DNA of 32,994 bases from a virus (lineage: Duplodnaviria; Caudoviricetes). Position numbers and translations under genes: made by a program. The stretch covers positions 1-32,994 of the IMG/VR virus record IMGVR_UViG_3300020045_005549. One strand, written 5' to 3'. This document shows, piece after piece, positions 1-7,025 of this stretch (positions are counted from its first letter, which is position 1; each line of letters begins with the position of its first letter). The notes under the pieces are model-generated. The model was not told the DNA's origin and did no database searches. It saw only the letters and a list, made by a program, of their open reading frames with translations.

Positions 1-135
1 TTCAAGTCTTCGCACTATCTCAGTCATTCTGTCCATTTCTCGTAAGTTTCTTTTGTTAACCTTTATTTCATCAAGCCTTGCATATTCTGCGGAAATTTGT
101 AACGCTTCTAAAAATATTTGCTTTGGCATACTCAT
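1..135 (-). CDS. hypothetical protein, partial (MSMPKQIFLEALQISAEYARLDEIKVNKRNLREMDRMTEIVRRLE...)
   Basis: Open frame from the ATG at 135 runs off the window edge. It has an ATGA overlap with the stop of the 132-413 ORF. Not in the ORF track. Confidence 0.6.
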   Translation of the reverse strand, partial: MSMPKQIFLEALQISAEYARLDEIKVNKRNLREMDRMTEIVRRLE

Positions 136-413
136 TTGCATTCTCCGCACTTTTGATTTTCAAATGGATCACAAAAAATCTCAGCCATTTTCATGGCAAT
201 AGTTTTCCCCCTGCACAATCCAATAGTTGAGCTTTCAGGCGTCATCTGCGTTTCTCGATAAACAGACTCGATATTTAACACCCGAATAAATATATCTGGG
301 TATTCTGACTGCAACATTTCAAGCTCTGATTTGCTTAGGTGCGGACACATAACGCAGCTTGACTTACCCGGATAGTAAAGCCCAACCCTTTCAACTGCTG
401 TTGGCTTGGATAT
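132..413 (-). pseudogene. 5'-truncated C-terminal fragment of a PAPS-reductase-like (PP-loop) protein
   Basis: The frame is open upstream of the tracked ATG (350): ...AVERVGLYYPGKSSCVMCPHL...YPDIF, resembling the 'KSSCxxCP' C-terminal motif of this family. It is cut at about 400 by a junction with a sheath fragment. Confidence 0.5.
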
Positions 414-849
414 TTACACCACCATTAAAGATGTGCCTGTTGTTCTGTCGAGCAACAAGAACAGCCCAATGGATGATGTGTACAACCTGATCAGCTATGT
501 GGATGCTTGCGAGACTAGCGGGTTTAACTTCCTGCGCGGTACTTCTACCAAAATTCCACAGACAACGCCGGGCATGAATTCTCTGGTTGATAACTTTGAG
601 AAGGTAAGCCGCCAGTATGTACGGGCCGCATTTATTGCGCCGGGTACTTGGCTAAGCCCTGACTCATTCGGTGATCAACAGACGTTCCTGCGCAACATCG
701 AACAAAACGGCTTCTACTGGCTGGCTGGCCCACTGCCTGAGCAATCGCAGGCAGACCGTGACGCTCGCAAGTCTACGGTGATTCAACACGCTATCAAGTT
801 CGCTGGCGCTATTGAGTCTGTGGACGTTGTAATTAACTTTAACCGCTAA
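394..849 (+). pseudogene. C-terminal fragment of tail sheath protein (DUF3383-like), lacking its 5' part
   Basis: GLDIYTTIK...KIPQT..G...IAPGTW...GFY...QSQADRDARKS...AGAIESVDVVINFNR is a typical sheath C-terminus. There is no RBS or true start, and the orientation is opposite to all other structural genes. Confidence 0.75.
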
Positions 850-860
850 GGGGTACTGAT

Positions 861-932
861 ATGGCAGTAATTGCACTACAGGCCGACAGCACCACTTTGG
901 TACTGAATGGCACGATATTAAACGACCTGGCC
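861..932 (+). pseudogene. N-terminal fragment of tail tube protein (MAVIALQADSTTLVLNGTILNDLA)
   Basis: It directly follows the sheath stop with an AAGGGG RBS. After about 24 codons the frame continues as antisense of the neighbouring gene. Confidence 0.65.
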
Positions 933-1099
933 AGAATGTCTGGATTAATTTTTTCCTTCTCCGCTGGCTGCACAACAGCAAGCAGATCAGCAACCGTCAC
1001 AACTCTGGTTTTTACAAAGTTAACCGTAGTTTCTGTGACCGTCTTCAGCTTGTTATTTATTTCCCACTCGCGCAGGGTGTCGGACATATCAGGCAGCAA
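930..1099 (-). pseudogene. head-closure/head-tail protein, 3'-truncated (MLPDMSDTLREWE...AVVQPA..EKINPDIL)
   Basis: Located after the neck gene, with an MLPxMS and VVQPA pattern. The frame turns into antisense tube sequence after 'INPDIL'. Confidence 0.6.
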
Positions 1100-1100
1100 A

Positions 1101-1568
1101 TTAAACCCCCGCTACAGACCATGTAATAGAATTTCTCAGTGTGCCAGTGTCAATCAGTGGCTTGCTGCTTCCTTTGCGCCTAATAGTTTCTGGCTCGTTA
1201 GCTTGCCATTCGCCATCGGCTGAAGTTTTGAAAGCGTCTTTACTGATGTTAGTTGTAAATATGCCGACAAGGTTTAATGCCTTATCGACCGATACACCTT
1301 TAAAGCAAACGTCGTTGAACTGCTTTGCTATAAACGCATCTATCTTTTTTTTGTTCTTGGCAAACGGAACCCGAAGAAATGAGCGCACAGGGTTATTGCC
1401 AAATCCATATTCATGCCAAGCGCCCACGGTAATAATCGTCAGCCCAGGGCCATAAATCTTTGAGCCTACTTTTTCAATCGGAAGCCCAACTTTCACAACT
1501 GACTTTTTAGCCTGCTCCATTTGGTTCAGATAGGCCGTAGTCATTTTCAGAAAGTCGGCTGGCTTCAT
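1101..1568 (-). CDS. neck/tail-completion morphogenesis protein
   Basis: Motifs VKVG, HEYG, PVRSFLR, TIRRKGSSKPLIDTGTLRNSI; synteny. Confidence 0.8.
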   Translation of the reverse strand: MKPADFLKMTTAYLNQMEQAKKSVVKVGLPIEKVGSKIYGPGLTIITVGAWHEYGFGNNPVRSFLRVPFAKNKKKIDAFIAKQFNDVCFKGVSVDKALNLVGIFTTNISKDAFKTSADGEWQANEPETIRRKGSSKPLIDTGTLRNSITWSVAGV

Positions 1569-1912
1569 ACGAAACGAGGCCCACGAAAGCGCGAGGTAAG
1601 CAACCAGAAAAACTGGCCGTACTTCGTCGAGTTGAAAAAGGTAAACAGCTCTGATGCTGACTGTGTAGCCACATAACTGACCGACACAGAGCCAACAGAC
1701 TTGCTTGCAACGTCTTTGGCTGGCGCGCTGCTGGCGCTGCTGTTAATCGTTATCAAATGGGCGATAAGGTTTAAGATCGCTTCTTTGTTGCATTCGACAT
1801 ACGCACGGCCGTAGTAGCACGGCCAAACAGGTTCAAGAATAGGAATATACTGATCAACGACTGAATCAGCGAATTCAGGAAAGCGCGTTTTAAAGTCGTC
1901 AATCAGTGCCAT
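1565..1912 (-). CDS. head-tail adaptor (DUF4054-like)
   Basis: FKTRFPEF, LIAHL, SKSVGSVSVSY, TKYGQFFW motifs; synteny. Confidence 0.8.
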   Translation of the reverse strand: MALIDDFKTRFPEFADSVVDQYIPILEPVWPCYYGRAYVECNKEAILNLIAHLITINSSASSAPAKDVASKSVGSVSVSYVATQSASELFTFFNSTKYGQFFWLLTSRFRGPRFV

Positions 1913-2389
1913 CTAAACCAGCTCCATCAAACCAAGCTTAACGCCATACGCAATACTCTTACGCAGCTTATCAGTTAACTGATTACCGGTCAGTGTCACA
2001 GTAAAGCCAGGTTTTGCTTTAAAGATAAAGCCGATTGTCATCGGGTTTGGGCTGATGTTTTTCACTTTAAGCGATTCAGCATCAAAATCAGGTTCTGCAA
2101 CAGCTTCGGCCTGTGTCGGCTCCTGCTGTGCGTCAGGCTTATAGGTAGTGCCTGTGTCAGCCGCTTCCAATTGCTCAAGCTCTGGCTGTTCCTGCACTTG
2201 CTCGAAAACCTTTTCAGGCTCCGCAACTGGTTTTGGGTCTTGTTCAGGCTCTGCCATTGGCTCTGACACAATGCCCAATTCTTCTTCTTTGGCAGCAATG
2301 ATGCCGGCCAGCTTGTTTTCACCCCAACGCTGATCAAAGGCAATACCCAATTCAGCGGCGCGGTTACGTAATGCGGATAACTGTGACAT
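1913..2389 (-). CDS. hypothetical protein following the capsid gene (helical N-terminus, acidic E/Q/P linker)
   Basis: GGG RBS, abuts the adaptor gene, typical post-capsid position. Confidence 0.7.
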   Translation of the reverse strand: MSQLSALRNRAAELGIAFDQRWGENKLAGIIAAKEEELGIVSEPMAEPEQDPKPVAEPEKVFEQVQEQPELEQLEAADTGTTYKPDAQQEPTQAEAVAEPDFDAESLKVKNISPNPMTIGFIFKAKPGFTVTLTGNQLTDKLRKSIAYGVKLGLMELV

Positions 2390-2408
2390 AAATTAAACCC
2401 TGTAAAGT

Positions 2409-2424
2409 GGGCCATCCGTGGCCC
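2409..2424 (-). terminator. GC hairpin after the major capsid gene
   Basis: GGGCCA-N4-TGGCCC 15 nt after the capsid stop, with only a weak U tract. Confidence 0.45.
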
Positions 2425-2438
2425 GGCCATGTTACTTG

Positions 2439-3419
2439 TTACAGACCTTTCAGATAAGCTGCTGCACCGTCTTCGATTACGTCTAAGCCAGCCAGTGAGG
2501 CGAAGCTTTCGATGTAATACTTAAAGCCGCGCTGGTCAACGCTAGACAGCTGCAGAGGCACAGGCACACGGAACTGAAGCGCACGGCGGTTAGTCGTGTA
2601 TGCAACAGTTGTTGAGCCTGAACCAGCATCACCAGCTTGGAAAGTAGCGCCAAAACTAACAGTCGGAAAATTGACCTGCAGAGCCTTCAGCACTGACATT
2701 TCAGAACCAGCTGAGTTCAGGATCAAAGACATGCACAGGTTATAAACACCGATAGGCATATCAACGTTGCTGGCTTTATAAGTTTCGCTGTTAAAAACGT
2801 TAGTCCACTGACGGTTAATCAGGCCTGCGATTTCGTCGTACAGCTCAACACCTGTTAACGTTGAGGCTGCGCCTGATGCGTTAGCGGAGTCAAAACCTGT
2901 GTAAGTCAGCAGGCCTGGAGTGATTAACGTACCGGCAGAGTTGTAACGGCCTTTATAACCAAGGTTGTCCAGCGTCTGGTTGTAGCGCTCGAAGTGTGCA
3001 TCCATAAAGCGAGAAGGCAAATTCACGTTACCCATTTCCGCTTTTTTCAGCTCAACTTCAGACCAGTCAGAGTTCGCTTCAATGGTGAAGGTCGTGATCA
3101 CATCGTCCTGACCGGACAGAGTGATTTTACCAGTGCCATTGGTTTTGGTGCCTGATGATACAAAGTCGCCATCAATCTGCAGTTTGATTTTCTTCACTGC
3201 ATCGGCGTAACCACCTTCGTTGTTCACTTCGATACCGCGAGTCAAGAACATCATGCCCGGGTATTCTTGGGTGAAAATCTCAGGGCTGATATGCTCCAAG
3301 TTGCGCGCCAGAATAACGCCACCAGCGTCAGTAAATTGACGCGCTTCAGCGGCCCGATCTTCAAAGCTTTGCAGATTGAAAGTCTTAACGCGCTGGGCTA
3401 AAACATGCTTCTTATTCAT
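2439..3419 (-). CDS. major capsid protein (DUF2184/encapsulin-like HK97 fold)
   Basis: 326 aa; FTDAGGVILARNLEH, WSEVELKKA and GLLTY patterns; follows the protease and decoration genes. Confidence 0.85.
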   Translation of the reverse strand: MNKKHVLAQRVKTFNLQSFEDRAAEARQFTDAGGVILARNLEHISPEIFTQEYPGMMFLTRGIEVNNEGGYADAVKKIKLQIDGDFVSSGTKTNGTGKITLSGQDDVITTFTIEANSDWSEVELKKAEMGNVNLPSRFMDAHFERYNQTLDNLGYKGRYNSAGTLITPGLLTYTGFDSANASGAASTLTGVELYDEIAGLINRQWTNVFNSETYKASNVDMPIGVYNLCMSLILNSAGSEMSVLKALQVNFPTVSFGATFQAGDAGSGSTTVAYTTNRRALQFRVPVPLQLSSVDQRGFKYYIESFASLAGLDVIEDGAAAYLKGL

Positions 3420-3422
3420 TTG

Positions 3423-3923
3423 TTACGCTCCAGTCACATAACGAGAAAACAGTACAAGCCACACGCCATCGGCTTTAGGCTCCCAAAAGATACAATCAGG
3501 GATTGCTACGTTGTCAGTGGAAACAGTTGTTGCGCGACCAAAGTTAGCACCTGAAGAAGCAGCATTCACAGCGTATACAGCGCCGTATTTGGCAGGAGTA
3601 ACACCGCTTGGCACTTCAACAGAAGCAAAGCCGAAGTTGATAACTTCAGCGCATGAATCAGGAGCAATCGCACCACTTGCAGCGGTGCGGTAGTTGACTT
3701 GGTCCAGAGCTGATGCAATTTTACGGCGTGAAATACCCACGATTTTAGGCGTGGCAGAACCGTCGATGTTATCAATACGGCCAGTGTCCAGTTTTACAAA
3801 CTTACCTGGCACAAGCTGATCTTCAAAATTGTCAAAAGGTACAATACAGTGCGGGGATGAAGCGATAACCTCACCCGCTGGTAAGTCTGGGATTTGTTCC
3901 AGAACGGTATTAGTAAAAGCCAT
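3423..3923 (-). CDS. head decoration/cement protein
   Basis: 166 aa between protease and capsid genes; G/A/V-rich beta pattern. Confidence 0.7.
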   Translation of the reverse strand: MAFTNTVLEQIPDLPAGEVIASSPHCIVPFDNFEDQLVPGKFVKLDTGRIDNIDGSATPKIVGISRRKIASALDQVNYRTAASGAIAPDSCAEVINFGFASVEVPSGVTPAKYGAVYAVNAASSGANFGRATTVSTDNVAIPDCIFWEPKADGVWLVLFSRYVTGA

Positions 3924-3933
3924 TTTCAGCCCC

Positions 3934-5085
3934 TTATTCTTGGTTAACTAAAGCATTGACCTTGGAGGCCAAACCTGATTTTTCTTTGCCTTTTTCGTCA
4001 CCGAAAGAAGCTAAGCTGTTTGTTTGCTTGCGCAGCATTTTGAACGCAAGATCCAGTTCTGAATCTGCAAACTTCTGCTTGCCATACTGTGAAGCCAAAG
4101 CGTCACGGATAACCTGATTCGTTGACTTATCAGCAAATGAATACTGTTCGCCCACGAAGTCTTTGGCCTTATCAACAACGGCTGAGTGGCGTTTTACAGC
4201 TGCGTCAGTGGCTTTCTGTAAAGCGTCTTTAAATGCTTTGGAGTCAGTCACAGCCATTTTTTCTTTTTCTGGATCTGTGCCTTCTTCGTCGGTTACTTCA
4301 GTTTCAGTTGTCGTTACTTCTTCTACGACTTCGGCCAGACCTTCCATTTCGACACCAGCTTCTTTACTCATGTTAATGAGCTCCATCAGCGCTGGCCAGA
4401 TTTCCTGGAGCTTTTCCAGTGGCGCAGACTTCAGCGCTTCCGGCAGTGCAACAGCTAATTCTGCGATCTGCTCGACAGTGATTGATTCACCGTCAGCATC
4501 CTTAAAGCCTTTGCTTGCAGTGATAGCTGCAATAAGCAAGGCGAGCTTATTTTTCTTCATGGGTAAACCCTTCTGTTGTTTGTGGTCAATGAATCGGCAG
4601 CGTGGGCCGCACCGACCCTGCTCAACGACAGCTAGATGATAAGGGATAATTCCCCGTTGTTCAAAGTCGTATTTGTCATGCTCTACAAGGTCAGCGTCAT
4701 AGCCCAGGGAAAGCTCGCGCTTACCTTCTTCGACTTCGGCCATGATTGCGTCTGAAAGTGTAACTGAATTGCGTATGGCCAGTGTTGAGGCGGTTTCGCT
4801 GTCAATCATGTCAATCATGTCAGCCGATTGAACCTGGCCAACAATTTCAGATTCATCAACGTGCGGCTGAACTTCCACATGGTTATTGGTCAGAGGCAAT
4901 CCGGACATCAAAGCGGCCACGTTAGCAATAGTTGCCGGGCTGCGGTAAACAGTGAAAAGCTTATCAGCTGGCTCCATGCCAATTTCTGCGCCGTAATACC
5001 CTAAAACACCATCACGGACGCTGATAGCGGTCTTTGTTTTACTGTCCCAGGTAACGGCGGATCTGTCTTGTAATGTAACTCGCAT
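3934..5085 (-). CDS. prohead protease/scaffold (DUF2213)
   Basis: RDGVLGYYGAEIG, PLTNNH, RELSLGY and HLAVVEQGRCG motifs plus an acidic scaffold tail. Likely start is ATG 5085 (GGGG RBS), not TTG 5139. Confidence 0.85.
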   Translation of the reverse strand: MRVTLQDRSAVTWDSKTKTAISVRDGVLGYYGAEIGMEPADKLFTVYRSPATIANVAALMSGLPLTNNHVEVQPHVDESEIVGQVQSADMIDMIDSETASTLAIRNSVTLSDAIMAEVEEGKRELSLGYDADLVEHDKYDFEQRGIIPYHLAVVEQGRCGPRCRFIDHKQQKGLPMKKNKLALLIAAITASKGFKDADGESITVEQIAELAVALPEALKSAPLEKLQEIWPALMELINMSKEAGVEMEGLAEVVEEVTTTETEVTDEEGTDPEKEKMAVTDSKAFKDALQKATDAAVKRHSAVVDKAKDFVGEQYSFADKSTNQVIRDALASQYGKQKFADSELDLAFKMLRKQTNSLASFGDEKGKEKSGLASKVNALVNQE

Positions 5086-5112
5086 AACTGCCCCAATAGT
5101 TCGCACAGGATT

Positions 5113-5139
5113 AGTATAACAGAATTGTTCAATAGTCAA
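5113..5139 (-). promoter_or_regulatory. extended -10 promoter for the protease/capsid operon
   Basis: TGT-TATACT (5121-5113); TTGACT lies 15 bp upstream. Confidence 0.55.
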
Positions 5140-5191
5140 ACTATTGGCGCTTAACTCTGCGCTGACAGGCTAAACCGCCACCGGATGAGCC

Positions 5192-5220
5192 AAAAGAAAA
5201 AGCCCCTGATTAGGGGCTTT
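5192..5220 (-). terminator. rho-independent terminator
   Basis: AAAGCCCCT-N4-AGGGGCTTT followed on the minus strand by TTCTTTT. Confidence 0.85.
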
Positions 5221-5777
5221 GTTTGTTATGGGTCTAAACCCCAATCTTGTTCTATTTCAAACCAACCTTTGTTGAACATGGAATGCTCCTGGTAAGCTGG
5301 CAGTATCTCTACTGCCGCCGGTATGGCTGCCTGATGGCTAAGGTGCGGGTTACATATTCCTGCTTACCATCGTACAGGGGCGCTCTATTGGCGTCGGGTG
5401 AAGTGATAACTCACACTTATAGCATCACATTGCCTACCAATAAACCGTGTGATACTTCCAGTTCTATGGCTCCACAAACAGCGTGGGCGGCAGCTCTTTT
5501 AGGTTATTCGTGGCAGACCTTCCAGCCTGCATGAAGCTTGAACCAGCGAAACACTGTTTGGGCTTTAGGCGGGATCGGCTTTCACGGGGCCGCCTCATTG
5601 ATCCGTGAAAACTCACTGCGGTTTTGCAGTCCTGCAGTTGACTGAATAAGCTGAATCAGTCTTGCATTGGCCGATCACGCCAAACTCAACTGATGCTGTT
5701 TCACTTCCTTACGTGGCGACTCTCCGCAACAGGTTTTCTCACGCGGTAGGTGTCATACTTAACAGCTCATTAGCTTA

Positions 5778-5849
5778 GGTGTTTGGCTGGATTCGAACCC
5801 GCAATCACCTGCTAGCTTCACAGGTATGTTCCCATTCCACCACAAACAC
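5778..5849 (-). tRNA. tRNA-like element with degenerate anticodon loop (nominal AGC), no encoded CCA
   Basis: GTGTTTG TG GTGG AATGGGA ACAT A CCTGT GAAGCTA GCAGG TGATT GCGGG TTCGAAT CCAGC CAAACAC C forms a full cloverleaf with a GG D-loop and TTCGAAT T-loop. Confidence 0.75.
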
Positions 5850-5972
5850 CTAACCAATAAACTGCACCGCGGCTGCGGCAACTTGTCTTGAGCTTGATTG
5901 GCTGTTAGTTCCTCATTTACGCCTCATTTAACTGACAGCCTCGCTATGTCAGCACCAATCAACTCAGACGCA

Positions 5973-6001
5973 AATATAAACCCGCAATACCATCACGTCA
6001 A
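5973..6001 (-). promoter_or_regulatory. sigma70 promoter of the ncRNA
   Basis: TTGACG-17 bp-TATATT with an AT-rich upstream segment. Confidence 0.75.
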
Positions 6002-6025
6002 TACAAAATAAATTAATATTTTATC

Positions 6026-6054
6026 TTGTGGGAATATATGTTTGGGTTTATGAT
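6026..6054 (+). promoter_or_regulatory. sigma70 promoter of the three-gene cassette
   Basis: TTGTGG-17 bp-TATGAT; AATATAT box in the spacer. Confidence 0.6.
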
Positions 6055-6118
6055 TTATTCCGAAGCTGGTTTTCTAAATCAGTTAACACATAACTAAATT
6101 AGGTTGAATAGGTGATTT

Positions 6119-6334
6119 ATGGGCACGACAGAAATTGAATTGCTGCAAAAAGAGCTGAAGCGCATAACTGCTCAGAAAGATAATCTTGCAGCTGCACTAA
6201 GAGAAATCGCACAAGCAAAACCCCGCTTGATGCACGACGAAAATCAGCATGAAGTGCTGGTATACAGCCGCAGGAATAACCCTTGCGAAATAGCCAGGGT
6301 AGCGCTGATGAAGGATGGTGAATGCCATGGATAA
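6119..6334 (+). CDS. hypothetical protein
   Basis: AGGTGA RBS, first gene after the promoter, coiled-coil N-terminus. Confidence 0.7.
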   Translation: MGTTEIELLQKELKRITAQKDNLAAALREIAQAKPRLMHDENQHEVLVYSRRNNPCEIARVALMKDGECHG

Positions 6335-6506
6335 AGGCTTTGTATATTGGGAACATCAGTTTGCGCCAATGTTTGGCGTAACTTTAAACGGCCATCAGCT
6401 TACGCCAAAAGAGCTGTGCGGAATCGCAGAGCAAATGCGGGTTCAGCTGCTTGAGTTTGGGGTGGTGGTTCAGGTTAAAAATAAGGAGAAGGATTGTGAT
6501 AACTGA
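6327..6506 (+). CDS. hypothetical protein
   Basis: GGTGA RBS before ATG 6327; overlaps both neighbours. Confidence 0.55.
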   Translation: MDKGFVYWEHQFAPMFGVTLNGHQLTPKELCGIAEQMRVQLLEFGVVVQVKNKEKDCDN

Positions 6507-7020
6507 AATACCAAGCTTTTTGCTGGAGCTTTCACAGCAGCTAAATGAACAGCCAAGCCGATGCACTGCTCACCCGTTCTATCAAGTTCGCTGCAAAAGA
6601 AAATATGTTACGGCAGAAGATTATAGTAGCGATTTGTTTGAAATAGTCGGCCCTGAAGGCGTTGAGTGGTCAGAAGGTCAGGATAACGAAGATTTGGCTG
6701 AACACTTAGCTGAATATTATCCCGACTGGATACGAGAACAGTTTGAAGATTATGTGGATGAGGAGTCAGACTTAGAGCAGATAATTCTTGAGCACTTTGA
6801 ATTTGACTGCTCAGAGCTGCCGGATGGGCTTAGAAAAGTGTATATGCAAGAAATTGATGAAGTGGTTTCTACTCACCTGACACTGGATGCTGCCGAGCAA
6901 TTCATTAAGCGCAAACAGCATGACTACCCGCCGCTATTCACCTATGCGGAAAGCGCATACTGGTCGCCACAGTTGCGAGAACTGCAAGACTGGATCAAAT
7001 CACTAACAAAGGGCGCATAG
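6496..7020 (+). CDS. Ead/Ea22-like phage early protein
   Basis: QPSRCTAHPFYQV and VSTHLTLDAAEQFIKRKQHDY..FTYAESAYWS..LRELQDWI resemble the Ead family. GTG start after AGGAG. Confidence 0.6.
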   Translation: MITEIPSFLLELSQQLNEQPSRCTAHPFYQVRCKRKYVTAEDYSSDLFEIVGPEGVEWSEGQDNEDLAEHLAEYYPDWIREQFEDYVDEESDLEQIILEHFEFDCSELPDGLRKVYMQEIDEVVSTHLTLDAAEQFIKRKQHDYPPLFTYAESAYWSPQLRELQDWIKSLTKGA

Positions 7021-7025
7021 CGCCC
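7011..7025. terminator. hairpin between convergent genes
   Basis: GGGCGC-ATA-GCGCCC, overlapping the stop of the Ead-like gene and adjoining the gpF stop. Confidence 0.5.

Larger units (their letters stand above)
5192..5965 (-). ncRNA. candidate large (~770 nt) structured non-coding RNA
   Basis: Own promoter and terminator, no credible long ORF, many complementary helices (see findings). Confidence 0.65.

Noticed and set aside
390-934. Invertase-driven (Gin/Cin-type) invertible segment
   Set aside because: The ends are not inverted repeats of each other, no recombinase is present, and the genes broken are essential structural genes rather than fibre tips.
839-1223. Full-length ORFs 861-1223 (+) and 839-1099 (-)
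   Set aside because: Each is a real gene start fused to antisense sequence of the other across the junction at about 930.
4801-4822. 9-bp tandem repeat GTCAATCAT
   Set aside because: In-frame microduplication encoding DMIDMID, with no sign of a separate function.
5247-5534. 95-aa plus-strand ORF inside the ncRNA region
   Set aside because: TTG start, no RBS, no plus-strand promoter, atypical composition; antisense to the promoter-terminator unit.
5464-5598. Minus-strand ORF of about 44 aa starting AUG AGG CGG within the RNA
   Set aside because: No clear RBS, runs through strong helices and has no protein-like features; not fully excluded.
5192-5965. tmRNA, group I/II intron or CRISPR array as the identity of the long non-coding segment
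   Set aside because: No tag reading frame with a CCA end, no interrupted host gene or recognisable intron core, and no repeat-spacer periodicity.
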